Of a DNA stretch of 64,000 bases, positions 28,507-39,000 are shown piece by piece. Source of the DNA: Bacteroidales bacterium (GTDB lineage: Bacteria > Bacteroidota > Bacteroidia > Bacteroidales > UBA932); assembly GCA_022648545.1 (NCBI GenBank), contig JALCMP010000005.1, positions 11,738 through 75,737 on the forward strand, read 5' to 3'. Each line of letters begins with the position of its first letter. The stretch's first letter is position 1. The notes below the pieces were generated by a model that had not been told where the DNA came from, did not search any database, and saw only the letters and a list, made by a program, of their open reading frames with translations. Both the position numbers and the translations under genes were made by a program.

Positions 28507-30453
28507 TTAATCTTTATAATTCCTTACGGCAATCTTAATATTTTCATATTTCAAAGGCTCCTTGTGCAGTTCGGGATCTTCGCCTTTGCCCTTGTATTCC
28601 CATGCAGCCACATACATGTAATTCTCATCGTCGCGCTTTGTTTCTCCTTCAGGGGTCTGCATTTCCGTTCTGAAATGACCGCCGCACGACTCTTTCCTGT
28701 TAAGGGCATCCTGAGCCATAAGTTCTCCTATATCAAAGAAGTCATAAAGCCTCAATGCTTTTTCAAGTTCCTGATTAAACTGATCGTTTGCTCCATCCAC
28801 GTAAACGTTCTTGAGGAATTCCTGTCTTAGATCCTCTATCTTGCTTATGACTGTTTTAAGACCTTTCTCATCCCTTGCCATTCCTACATATTCCCACATC
28901 AGATTTCCAAGTTCCTTGTGCAATTCGTCTACGGTCTTCTTTCCTTTTATGGATAACAATTTATTTATCTTTTCTTTGGCTTTCTTTTCAGCTTCTTCGA
29001 ATTCCGGAGCATTAGTATCTATTTTAGGTTCCTGAATCTTATGTGAAAGATAATCTCCTATAGTGTAAGGAAGAATAAAATATCCGTCGGCAAGTCCCTG
29101 CATAAGGGCGGAAGCTCCCAAACGGTTTCCTCCGTGGTCACTGAAATTGCATTCGCCTATTGCATAAAGTCCCGGGATAGTGGTCATAAGATCATAATCT
29201 ACCCAAAGACCTCCCATCGTATAGTGAATGGCTGGATAAATCATCATTGGTTCTTCATAAGGATTGGAATCGGTGATTTTTTGATACATCTGGAAAAGGT
29301 TCCCGTAACGATCGGTTATAACATCTTTCCCAAGTCTTTCTATAGCAGTCTTAAAATCAAGGAATACCGCCAGACCGGTTTCGTTCACCCCATATCCGGC
29401 ATCGCACCTTTCCTTTGCAGCACGTGAAGCCACGTCTCTCGGTACCAGATTTCCAAAAGCAGGATACCTTCTTTCGAGGTAATAATCCCTGTCTTCTTCA
29501 GGAATCTGTGAAGGTTTGATCTGATTATTGCGCAGTTTGGCTACATCTTCCTTTTTCTTAGGAACCCATATCCTTCCGTCGTTTCTGAGAGATTCGCTCA
29601 TCAGAGTAAGCTTGCACTGTTGTTTTCCGTGAACAGGAATACATGTCGGATGGATTTGCGCAAAGCACGGATTTGCAAAATAAGCGCCCTTTTTATAACA
29701 CTGCCATGCTGCAGAGCCATTGCTGTTCATTGCATTAGTAGAAAGGAAATATACATTTCCGTATCCGCCGGTCGCAAGAACTACCGCATGAGCTCCGAAC
29801 CTTTCTATTTCTCCGGTTTCTATATTTCTGGTTATTATACCTTTTGCTTCTCCGTTTATAATTACAAGATCGAGCATTTCATGACGCGGATAACTTTTTA
29901 CGGTTCCGCGGGCGATTTCCTTATTCATTTCTGCATATGCTCCAAGCAGCAATTGCTGTCCTGTTTGTCCTCTTGCATAAAAAGTACGGCTGACCTGAAC
30001 ACCTCCGAAAGAACGGTTTGCCAAAAGACCTCCATATTCCCTTGCGAAGGGGATTCCCTGCGCAACACAAAGATCTATTATCTTATTGCTTACTTCAGCC
30101 AAACGATACACGTTGGCTTCCCTACTTCTGTAATCTCCGCCTTTTATTGTGTCATAAAACAAACGATAGACGGAATCGTTATCGTTCTGGTAATTTTTTG
30201 CAGCATTGATCCCACCCTGGGCTGCAATGGAATGGGCTCTCCTTGGCGAATCGCTTATACAGAAAACCTTGACATTATATCCGAGGGCACCGAGGGAAGC
30301 GGCAGCTGAAGCTCCTCCCAATCCCGTGCCGACTACGATAATATCAAGTTTCCTTTTATTATTAGGACTTACTACGCGGATATCGGCTTTATGTTTAGTC
30401 CATTTCTCAGCCAATGGCCCGTCAGGGATGTGTGATATTAATTTATCAGCCAT
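28507..30453 (-). CDS. frdA: Succinate dehydrogenase/fumarate reductase flavoprotein subunit
   Basis: FAD motif [14 protein letters not shown], the covalent-FAD His region [14 protein letters not shown], and HYTMGG. Length is 648 aa. Confidence 0.95.
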   Translation of the reverse strand: MADKLISHIPDGPLAEKWTKHKADIRVVSPNNKRKLDIIVVGTGLGGASAAASLGALGYNVKVFCISDSPRRAHSIAAQGGINAAKNYQNDNDSVYRLFYDTIKGGDYRSREANVYRLAEVSNKIIDLCVAQGIPFAREYGGLLANRSFGGVQVSRTFYARGQTGQQLLLGAYAEMNKEIARGTVKSYPRHEMLDLVIINGEAKGIITRNIETGEIERFGAHAVVLATGGYGNVYFLSTNAMNSNGSAAWQCYKKGAYFANPCFAQIHPTCIPVHGKQQCKLTLMSESLRNDGRIWVPKKKEDVAKLRNNQIKPSQIPEEDRDYYLERRYPAFGNLVPRDVASRAAKERCDAGYGVNETGLAVFLDFKTAIERLGKDVITDRYGNLFQMYQKITDSNPYEEPMMIYPAIHYTMGGLWVDYDLMTTIPGLYAIGECNFSDHGGNRLGASALMQGLADGYFILPYTIGDYLSHKIQEPKIDTNAPEFEEAEKKAKEKINKLLSIKGKKTVDELHKELGNLMWEYVGMARDEKGLKTVISKIEDLRQEFLKNVYVDGANDQFNQELEKALRLYDFFDIGELMAQDALNRKESCGGHFRTEMQTPEGETKRDDENYMYVAAWEYKGKGEDPELHKEPLKYENIKIAVRNYKD

Positions 30454-30524
30454 TATTTTTTATGTTTAAAATTTTACAATTTTAGTCACTTTTTGCGTAA
30501 AATACAATTTACATTTATTTTTCA

Positions 30525-30532
30525 TATATTTG
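30525..30532 (+). promoter_or_regulatory. Candidate -7 box TATATTTG upstream of the 185-aa secreted protein gene
   Basis: Exact TAnnTTTG match 29 nt upstream of the ATG at 30562. Confidence 0.35.
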
Positions 30533-30561
30533 TTTAATATAGATCTAACGTCTCTTATATC

Positions 30562-31119
30562 ATGAAAAACATCACTGTATTTTTACTATCGATCCTTTTG
30601 TTCCTCGGCCCCGCAAATGTTTTTTCCCAGGGAAAAAATAAAGCTGCGGACCCCATAATCAAAAAAACGGAAAAATTATCCGAAAAAGATATGGTAGCCG
30701 CACAGATCGCCAATCTTATGATGAATAAGAAAATCTTCATAAAAGTAACGAACGTCATATCCAATCTCAGATCCTCAACCGTAAATTCGGACGGTTATTA
30801 TATGAACCTCAACGATTATGAACTTTCGTGCTATCTCCCTTTCTTCGGAACCGGAGGAAATACATATGGTTCGGTAGATAATATATCTATAAACGCCGAT
30901 AAGCAAAAAGTAAAAATAACCAACAGTTCTTTCAATAAAAAGAGGAATTATTACACCATAAAATTCAATTTCAAAAACGAAAACCAAAAAGAAAATTTTA
31001 AGGTATATCTTAAAATCTTCACTAAAGGAAAATGTTCGATTTCCCTAACCAGCGACACACGCTCTTCCATGGAATATTTAGGATATATAAATCTTTATCC
31101 GGAAAACGAGAAAAAATAA
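30562..31119 (+). CDS. Secreted hypothetical protein (possibly DUF4251-like)
   Basis: Signal peptide MKNITVFLLSILLFLGPANVFSQ. The LPFFGTGGNTYG motif and the beta-rich repeat pattern resemble Bacteroidota DUF4251 proteins as I remember them. This is not verified. Confidence 0.55.
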   Translation: MKNITVFLLSILLFLGPANVFSQGKNKAADPIIKKTEKLSEKDMVAAQIANLMMNKKIFIKVTNVISNLRSSTVNSDGYYMNLNDYELSCYLPFFGTGGNTYGSVDNISINADKQKVKITNSSFNKKRNYYTIKFNFKNENQKENFKVYLKIFTKGKCSISLTSDTRSSMEYLGYINLYPENEKK

Positions 31120-31160
31120 AAACACAATATTTGACAAACATACACCAGTAACAAAATATT

Positions 31161-33458
31161 ATGATTTCAAAGAAGAAAATCCTGCCCGCCGTAGGCCTCA
31201 TGCTTACGACGGCTTTATCTTTTGCACAAATGCCCGGTAATTTCAACCTTATTCCCAAACCACAAAAAATAATTGCAGGCGAAGGCCTTTTCAAAATAAC
31301 CGATCTCACATACATTATAACGGACGGAGATAAAAAAGAAATTTCATTCGGTGCTGCTTATCTTAAGGAAAAAATAGATCATGCTGCCCAAACGGACATG
31401 TCTATCAAACCAGCAATTATGAACGGTAAGAATCCTGTAGTCAGTGAAGATACAACTACGGGCTATAAATATAATTTTATTAAACTTCGCATTACTAAAA
31501 AGGAAAAGGGAGCAACTAATCCCCTCAGCTATGACGAAGGTTATTCTCTTTATGTTTCACCCGACAGCACTATAATCGACGCATGTTCTTCAAAAGGACT
31601 GTTTTACGGAATACAAACACTTATGCAGCTACTCCCTCCTTCTATTTACGGTAATCCGTCGGGGTTTGAAAAATGGCAGATACCTGCAGTAAAAATAGAA
31701 GATTACCCGCGCTTTTCATACAGGGGATTCATGCTGGACGTTTCGAGAAACTTCTTTGGTCCGGAAGTAATAAAAAATTATATAGACTGGCTCTCATATC
31801 ACAAGATCAACAAATTCCATTTGCATCTTACCGATGACAACGGATGGAGAATTGAAATAAAAAAATATCCCGTACTTACAAGAAAAGGAGCATGGAGAGG
31901 ACCTGACGAAAATATTTCGCCTGCCTTCGGATCGGGTTTAAAAAGATACGGCGGCTTTTATACACAAAAGGAAATGAAAGCCATCATAAGGTATGCAGAG
32001 AAGCGTAATATTGAAATTATTCCGGAAATAGATCTTCCCGGGCACAGCAAAGCTCTCACCAGTTGTTTTCCGGAGCTTCTATGTAAAAAAGAAGGAAAAT
32101 TCGAAAGCGTACAGGGAGAATCTGATAATGTTTTATGCGTTGGAAACGAAAAGACATACAAGATCCTTAACAACATAATAAAGGAAATAGCTCATCTTTT
32201 CCCTTCGAAATATATTCTTATCGGAGGCGACGAAGTAAATACCGACAATTGGAATGCCTGCAGCAAATGCAGGGCTCTTATGAAAAAGGAAGGAATGAAA
32301 AATGCCGGGGAACTTCTTAATTATTTCGTGAGAAGAATGAACGCCATAGTTAAGCAATACGGCAAACAAATGGGAGGATGGGATGAAATAATCAATGCCG
32401 GCGAAATAGATAAAAATTCGGTGGTATATGCATGGCACAGCATTAAAACTGCTCAAAAGTCGCTTAACGAAGGCTATCCTACGGTAATGCAGGTAGGAGA
32501 ATACTGCTATCTCGATATGAAACAGTCAAAGAATGAAAGGGGACATACATGGGCCGGAATAATTCCGCTTGAAAAAATATATTCTTTCGATCCCTGCGGA
32601 TTTGACATCCCAGAGAATAAACAAAGACTTATACTCGGACCGCAGGCAGGACTATGGAGTGAACTTCTAAGCAAACCCCGTTTTGACGAATATCAGGCGT
32701 TCCCGAGACTTTGCGCCCTTGCCGAAGTAGGGTGGAGCGGACAAAGCCAAAGAAATTTCGATGATTTCGCACGACGGCTGTACAGGTCGCATCTGATGAG
32801 ATTATACTACATGGGCATAGCTTTCAGAATGGCTCCTCCCGAAATAACCTATACGCCGGACGCAAACGGAGCATATACATGCGGACATCTTACCATTACC
32901 CCGCCTTATCCTGGAGCAGTTGTAAGATTCACATGCAACGGTTCCGAACCTGAATGTAATTCAGAAATAGCTCCGCGCGATATCTATACCGACCATCCAG
33001 AAGATTACAGATTTGCTTCTTTCTTTGGGGAATATATCAGGAGCATAACGACTGGAGCTGCAAACATATTGCTTCATAAATACATAAAACCATTGACTTG
33101 CATAAAAACGTCAATGAATCCATTAAAAAACCATTCATCTGAAAGTATTGCGGACTATGATTTTTCCACCTACTTCAGGGCTGAAGCAAAACGGGGAGAT
33201 TATGTAGCATACGTATTTAACAATCCTGTCGAATGCAGAAAGATTACCATAACAGCAGGAATGCCGGATAATGATTTTTATGGACTATGCAACGGATACG
33301 CAGAAATATCATATGACGGAAAAAATTATACTTCAAGGACATATTTCGAAAACAACAGGGTTATTCTATTTCCTGCAAAACCGGCTGAAAAAATAAAAAT
33401 CACCATAATAGAACCCGACGGAAAAACTTTCTGTCTGCAGGATTTAAAGATAGAATAA
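31161..33458 (+). CDS. Beta-N-acetylhexosaminidase (GH20) with a C-terminal accessory domain
   Basis: Signal peptide, GH20 motifs RGFMLDVSRNFF and HLHLTDDNGWRIE, the catalytic pair in IGGDEV, and a C-terminal region of about 200 aa beyond the catalytic barrel. Confidence 0.9.
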   Translation: MISKKKILPAVGLMLTTALSFAQMPGNFNLIPKPQKIIAGEGLFKITDLTYIITDGDKKEISFGAAYLKEKIDHAAQTDMSIKPAIMNGKNPVVSEDTTTGYKYNFIKLRITKKEKGATNPLSYDEGYSLYVSPDSTIIDACSSKGLFYGIQTLMQLLPPSIYGNPSGFEKWQIPAVKIEDYPRFSYRGFMLDVSRNFFGPEVIKNYIDWLSYHKINKFHLHLTDDNGWRIEIKKYPVLTRKGAWRGPDENISPAFGSGLKRYGGFYTQKEMKAIIRYAEKRNIEIIPEIDLPGHSKALTSCFPELLCKKEGKFESVQGESDNVLCVGNEKTYKILNNIIKEIAHLFPSKYILIGGDEVNTDNWNACSKCRALMKKEGMKNAGELLNYFVRRMNAIVKQYGKQMGGWDEIINAGEIDKNSVVYAWHSIKTAQKSLNEGYPTVMQVGEYCYLDMKQSKNERGHTWAGIIPLEKIYSFDPCGFDIPENKQRLILGPQAGLWSELLSKPRFDEYQAFPRLCALAEVGWSGQSQRNFDDFARRLYRSHLMRLYYMGIAFRMAPPEITYTPDANGAYTCGHLTITPPYPGAVVRFTCNGSEPECNSEIAPRDIYTDHPEDYRFASFFGEYIRSITTGAANILLHKYIKPLTCIKTSMNPLKNHSSESIADYDFSTYFRAEAKRGDYVAYVFNNPVECRKITITAGMPDNDFYGLCNGYAEISYDGKNYTSRTYFENNRVILFPAKPAEKIKITIIEPDGKTFCLQDLKIE

Positions 33459-33461
33459 ACC

Positions 33462-34685
33462 TTACTCGCATTTCGAATAAGAGGAACGTATATCGGAATA
33501 TATATCAGAATAAAAATCTACTACGGCCGCGGAATTTTTTTCCCGGCCGTTTTTGCTTTTCAAATACAACAGTAATTTTTCGGTTTTACAGGAAATCCTA
33601 TATTCGGTATTGCCGAGCAACTGCATGTATCCGGTTCCGTTGTGATTAAAAAGAAGTCCTATCTTCATATACCTTCTTCCGTTTCCTCTTTTTAATGAAA
33701 ATATATTATGTTTCAATTGTTTGGACAGATCGCACAGAAAAGCAGTCTTATGGCCTGAATCAGTAATATAGAATGGTATTTGACTTCCGTATTCAACCAT
33801 AACAGGAACGGCTACGGAAGTAGGAGGATATCCCAGAGCAGCCCACATTATGCAATCCGAAGGATCTTCCCCTTTGTTTACGCCTTTAACGACCACTGAG
33901 GCCTCCGTAATCCTTCTTGGTATAAAGTCATCGTCGGCACACCAACCGTTCCTTAAAACATCTCTTTTAAGCAAAGAAATGGCATCCGTTTCGGAAACTG
34001 AATTATAAAAAGATCTGGAAAGTCCGCTGAAAATCCAAAGAGGAGTTATTTTGGTATTTGAAGCAAGCTTCTCCCTTATGAGCATACAGGCATTATCGTA
34101 TCTTATGTATCCCATACCTTCATCCTTCCTTCCGCTCCTCGAAAAATTCGTATACGCCATCCATCCTTCCGGAGCTACTGAAGGGTCATTTACATCATAC
34201 TTAATCCATTTGAAATTATTTATCTCGTAAAAAGCTGCTCCTCCTTCGGCATCTATTACTCCGAAATTAGCTTCAACTCCAAAAGGTTTGATATGTTTAT
34301 TCAAAAATCTTTCAAAATCGGCAAGGGTAGCACATGTTCCGAGAGCTTCGTACATAAGCTCTCCTTCCATATCCTTTAAAACGGTAGTATCTCCCTGTTC
34401 TTTCAGATTATAACTAGCCGTATTCATTATGCTGAATCCTGCGGAATTAGTTCCGATCCATGCTCCGCGCTCAGGGGCATATGAATCAACGAGAGCTAAA
34501 AAATCGTATGGATTTCCTTTGTAAAAATCTACTCTGTCGTCTTCGGTATCGGTATCGCGATTCTTCCACAACAGCGGTCTGCCGTCTGCAGTAACTTTTC
34601 CAGTAAATATTGCAGAAGTACAAGCAAATGATTCAGATGAAATAAAAATAAAAACCGTCAGGGTAAATAGAATGATATTTTTCAT
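33462..34685 (-). CDS. Secreted Ntn-hydrolase-like protein (N-terminal nucleophile Cys; C45/C59/C69-like acyl-amide hydrolase)
   Basis: The signal peptide ends ...SSESFA and is followed directly by CTSAIFTGKVTADGRPLLWKNRD. A Cys at mature position 1 is the hallmark of choloylglycine-hydrolase, peptidase-C69 and C45-type Ntn hydrolases. The family assignment is not resolved. Confidence 0.55.
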   Translation of the reverse strand: MKNIILFTLTVFIFISSESFACTSAIFTGKVTADGRPLLWKNRDTDTEDDRVDFYKGNPYDFLALVDSYAPERGAWIGTNSAGFSIMNTASYNLKEQGDTTVLKDMEGELMYEALGTCATLADFERFLNKHIKPFGVEANFGVIDAEGGAAFYEINNFKWIKYDVNDPSVAPEGWMAYTNFSRSGRKDEGMGYIRYDNACMLIREKLASNTKITPLWIFSGLSRSFYNSVSETDAISLLKRDVLRNGWCADDDFIPRRITEASVVVKGVNKGEDPSDCIMWAALGYPPTSVAVPVMVEYGSQIPFYITDSGHKTAFLCDLSKQLKHNIFSLKRGNGRRYMKIGLLFNHNGTGYMQLLGNTEYRISCKTEKLLLYLKSKNGREKNSAAVVDFYSDIYSDIRSSYSKCE

Positions 34686-34713
34686 GAGATGGCAGTTTTA
34701 TAAAAAAAAGATT

Positions 34714-35739
34714 TTAAAATAAAGTATCTTCACGTGATATTGGTATATTCAAATGCTTATAAGCTAATTCAGTAGCCTCTCTTCCCCTCGGAGTACGTTT
34801 TATAAGACCTTCTTTAATAAGATAAGGTTCATATACTTCCTCCATTGTCCCCGGATCTTCACTTATAGCAGTTGCTATGGTTCCGAGACCTACCGGACCT
34901 CCTCCGAATTTATCTATTATGGTAGCAAGAATCTTATTATCAATTGAATCGAGCCCCATGGTATCTATATTAAGCGCATCCAGAGAATATTTTGTAATAT
35001 CTACGTCAATTTTCCCATTTCCCTTTACCTGGGCAAAGTCCCTGACCCTGCGCAAAAGGGCATTGGCTATTCTTGGAGTTCCCCTGCTTCTGCATGCTAT
35101 TTCACTTGCAGCCTGGGTGTTTATTTGTATATTTAAAATTTTAGCGCTTCTGGTAATTATCTTTTCCAGAATACAGGAATCGTAATACTCCAAATGGCAT
35201 TGTATTCCGAATCTTGCCCTTAGAGGAGAAGTAAGAAGACCGCTTCTAGTAGTAGCTCCAACAAGAGTAAAAGGATTTAATGTAATCTGAACAGATCTGG
35301 CTCCCGGCCCTTTGTCTATCATTATATCAATTTTGAAATCTTCCATGGCGGAATATAAATATTCTTCCACCACAGGAGCAAGCCTGTGTATTTCGTCTAT
35401 AAATAATACATCCCCCTTTTCAAGTCCCGTAAGCAAACCGGCCAGATCGCCAGGTTTATCCAATACAGGTCCGGAAGTAACTTTCATTGAAACTCCGAGT
35501 TCATTTGCTATTATAGTAGCAAGCGTAGTTTTTCCCAAACCGGGAGGTCCGTGCAGCAAAACATGATCGAGAGATTCTCCTCTCATTTTTGCAGCCTGAA
35601 CAAAAATGCGAAGATTTTCTATTATTTTTTCCTGTCCTGCGAAATTCTCGAAATCCTGCGGTCTTATTATATTTTCCATTTCCTTTTCGGCGGAAATTTC
35701 ACGCGGATCGAATTTTTCATCTGAGCCTTCCTCCATCAT
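34714..35739 (-). CDS. ruvB: Holliday junction branch-migration helicase RuvB
   Basis: Walker [10 protein letters not shown], Walker B VLFIDEIH, sensor GATTRSGLL and [13 protein letters not shown]. Confidence 0.95.
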   Translation of the reverse strand: MMEEGSDEKFDPREISAEKEMENIIRPQDFENFAGQEKIIENLRIFVQAAKMRGESLDHVLLHGPPGLGKTTLATIIANELGVSMKVTSGPVLDKPGDLAGLLTGLEKGDVLFIDEIHRLAPVVEEYLYSAMEDFKIDIMIDKGPGARSVQITLNPFTLVGATTRSGLLTSPLRARFGIQCHLEYYDSCILEKIITRSAKILNIQINTQAASEIACRSRGTPRIANALLRRVRDFAQVKGNGKIDVDITKYSLDALNIDTMGLDSIDNKILATIIDKFGGGPVGLGTIATAISEDPGTMEEVYEPYLIKEGLIKRTPRGREATELAYKHLNIPISREDTLF

Positions 35740-36048
35740 CTCCTATATTTATTACAAATATATACTATTATATTAAATTCATATGATTATTATTATACTT
35801 GGTTAATATGTTGATAAGATTTCAAAAAGCAAGATATGTGTATTCTAAACAGGCTTTTTGCTATTTTTTCATTGTTGAAAAACAGGTGAAATAATCGATG
35901 GGTAAAATGTGTTAAAAAATTTGCCGTTCTGTATTTTCGGATCATATATTAAAAATATACATGATATGAAATTTTATTTATGAATAAATATGAACAAATA
36001 AACTACATCTTTTAAACATAAATTTTCTTACGTTGTTGAAAACTTATT

Positions 36049-36056
36049 TATTTTTG
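36049..36056 (+). promoter_or_regulatory. Candidate -7 box TATTTTTG immediately upstream of mfd
   Basis: Exact TAnnTTTG match whose final G lies 8 nt before the mfd ATG at 36065. Confidence 0.4.
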
Positions 36057-36064
36057 CAAGACTT

Positions 36065-39000
36065 ATGCAAAAAGAAGGATTAGAGGGCCGTTTTGCTTCT
36101 CAGAAGTCTCAGGAAGAGTTAGTAAACTTTATAAAGGACAAAAAATTAAAGAATGCCGTTGTTACCGGTTTATACGGATCTTCTGGAGCCGTTGCTGTTT
36201 CTTGTGCCATAAAGTCCGTGGGGAAAGGAGTTTTTATAATAATATCCGAGAATAGGGAAGAGGCTAGATATTTTACCAATGACCTTTATAATATGTTGGG
36301 GGAAGACAGTGTGTTTTTTTTCCCGGCATCGGGAGAGAAGCCCGGAAAAATAAGCAGCATAAGGGATTCTTCACGCAAGGTTCAAAGAGCAGCGACTCTT
36401 GATGCCGTTAAGGAAAAAGCTGCCGGCGGTTTTAAAGATCCTCTTGTTGTTGTTACATATCCTGAATCAATTGCCGAAAAAGTTCCCGGTATAGAGAATA
36501 TAAACGGCATGGTAATAAATGTATTCAAGGGTAAGGAAATAAAATTCGATCAGTTTTGTGAAAAACTCGAGAACGCTCATTTCGAAAGAGTTGATTTTGT
36601 AGGAGAACCCGGGCAGTTTGCACTAAGGGGCGGGATAATAGATGTATTTTCTTATTCTGACGACAGACCTTACAGAATAGATTTTTTCGGAAATATCGTA
36701 GATTCTATTCGTTATTTTGATATAGAGAGCCAGCATACCGTTTCGGAAGTAGAAAAAGTTGAAATTTTTCCTAATATATTCGATAATAATACCGACGACA
36801 GTAAAGTCTCTTTTTTTGAATATGCCGGGAATAATTGCACCGTAGTGCTTGATAATGTTTCCGATATTCTGGGAAGCGATTTCGAAGATCAGATGGATGA
36901 AATAGGTAATAGAAAAAAACTATTTTTAGAAAATATATCGGTTACCGCATATAAGGATTTCTTTTCATCCATAGGTAACGATTTTATCAAAATAAGGTTT
37001 GAAACTTCGCTGCAACCAAAATTTAATAAGAATTTCGAATTTTTACAGAATGATGTAAAGGAAAAGGTAGACAAAGGATACGAAGTTTTTATAAGCAGCG
37101 ATAATCCCAAGCAAATAGAGAGGCTTAAAAGTATATTTTCATATAACGAAGGAAAATCGGATGTTTCGGTTCCACGTTTCAGGGAGATTCCGAAATCTTT
37201 CGAAGGCGGGTTTGTGGATAAATCTTCGGGAATTTGTTTGTATACCGATCATCAGATATTTGACAGATATCAGAAGGTTAAGATAAAAAGAGAGGTAGAG
37301 AGGAGCGAAAGGCTTACTCTTAATGAACTCAGCGAATATAAAATAGGAGATTATGTAGTTCATATCAATTATGGAGTAGGAGTTTTCGGAGGATTGGTAA
37401 ACACGAAGGTTAACGGAAAGATTCAGGAAGCAATAAAACTTATATATAAGGATAATGATGTAGTGCTTGTTTCTATTCACGGCATTCACAGGATCTCTAA
37501 GTATAAATCCAAGGACAGTGCTCCTCCGAAAATATACAGACTGGGAAGCGGAGCATGGCAGAATCTTAAGAACAAAACAAAAAGCAAGGTAAAGGATATT
37601 GCCCGTGACTTGATAAAATTATATGCCGAAAGACGAGCATCAAAGGGCTTTGCTTTTTCTCCGGACAATTATATGCTGGAGGAACTGGAGTCTTCTTTCA
37701 TATTTGAGGATACTCCTGATCAGATTAAGGCAAATCAGGCTGTTAAGGAGGATATGGAAAAGGAATATCCTATGGACAGGCTAATTTGCGGAGATGTAGG
37801 TTTTGGAAAGACGGAAATAGCAATAAGGGCGGCATTTAAGGCTGTTTGTGACAATAAACAGGTAGCAGTTCTTGTCCCTACTACCATTCTGGCCCTTCAG
37901 CATTATAATACATTTTGTTCCAGATTAAAGGATTTCCCATGTAATATAGAACTTCTAAGTCGTGTAAGAAATTCTTCCGAAGTAAAGGAAATTTTTCAAA
38001 AACTGGATTCTGGAAAAATAGATATTATTATAGGAACTCACAAATTACTGAATAAGGCTGTTAAATTTAAGGATTTGGGTCTGCTTGTAATAGACGAGGA
38101 ACAAAAATTCGGAGTATCCGCCAAGGAAAAATTAAGGCATCTTAAGAACTCTGTTGATACCCTTACTCTTACTGCAACTCCAATTCCGAGGACATTGCAG
38201 TTCTCTTTGCTTGGAGCCAGGGATTTGTCTATAATAAATACGCCGCCTCCAAACAGATTGCCGGTACAGACGGAAATAACCGGATTCGACGAAAATAATA
38301 TTCGTGATATAATAAACTTCGAACTCGAAAGAGGGGGGCAGGTCTTTTTTGTTCACAACAAGGTTTCGGATATAGAAAACATAGCTACCATGCTGGGGAA
38401 AATCTGTCGCGGTGCAAAAATAGTAGTAGGACACGGGCAGATGGATCCCAAAATTCTGGAGAAACGGTTATTGGATTTTATTTCGGGTGATTATGATATT
38501 TTGGTTTCTACATCAATTGTAGAAAACGGGATAGATATACCAAATGCCAATACTATTATAATAGATCAGGGACAGAATTTTGGCTTGAGTGATTTACATC
38601 AGTTGCGAGGCAGGGTAGGGCGTTCTAACGTGAAGGCGTTTTGCTATCTCATAGTTCCTCCCGTATCTTCATTGCCGGATGATGCAAGAAAACGTTTAAA
38701 AGCCATAGAAGCTTTTTCGGATCTTGGAAGCGGCTTTAATATTGCAATGCAGGATCTGGACATAAGGGGCGCAGGGAATCTTTTGGGAGGGGAACAAAGC
38801 GGATTTATCGCTGACATGGGTTTTGAAACCTATCAGAAAATATTATCAGAAGCTTTTTCTGAAATAAAACAGGAAGAGTACGGCAGGGAATTGGGGAACA
38901 ATGATATTAAGCAGCGCAAAGCAGACGGAAACAGGAAGATTTTCGAAGATTCCCTAAAAGAACAAAACAGAGGTCCTTTTATAAGCGATTGTTATATAGA

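Noticed and set aside
30555-30764. 69-aa hydrophobic ORF directly upstream of frdA on the same strand, considered as a possible remnant or miniature membrane anchor replacing frdC.
   Set aside because: It is antisense to the start and signal-peptide region of the well-supported 185-aa secreted protein gene, and hydrophobic antisense translations are expected there. It is far shorter than any b-type anchor. I can confirm no haem-ligating His pattern by eye.
35808-35894. 28-codon ORF (MLIRFQKARYVYSKQAFCYFFIVEKQVK) in the ruvB-mfd spacer, considered as a possible small protein.
   Set aside because: No promoter box or conservation evidence is available, and short ORFs of this length are expected by chance in AT-rich DNA. 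It is kept only as a note inside the intergenic finding.
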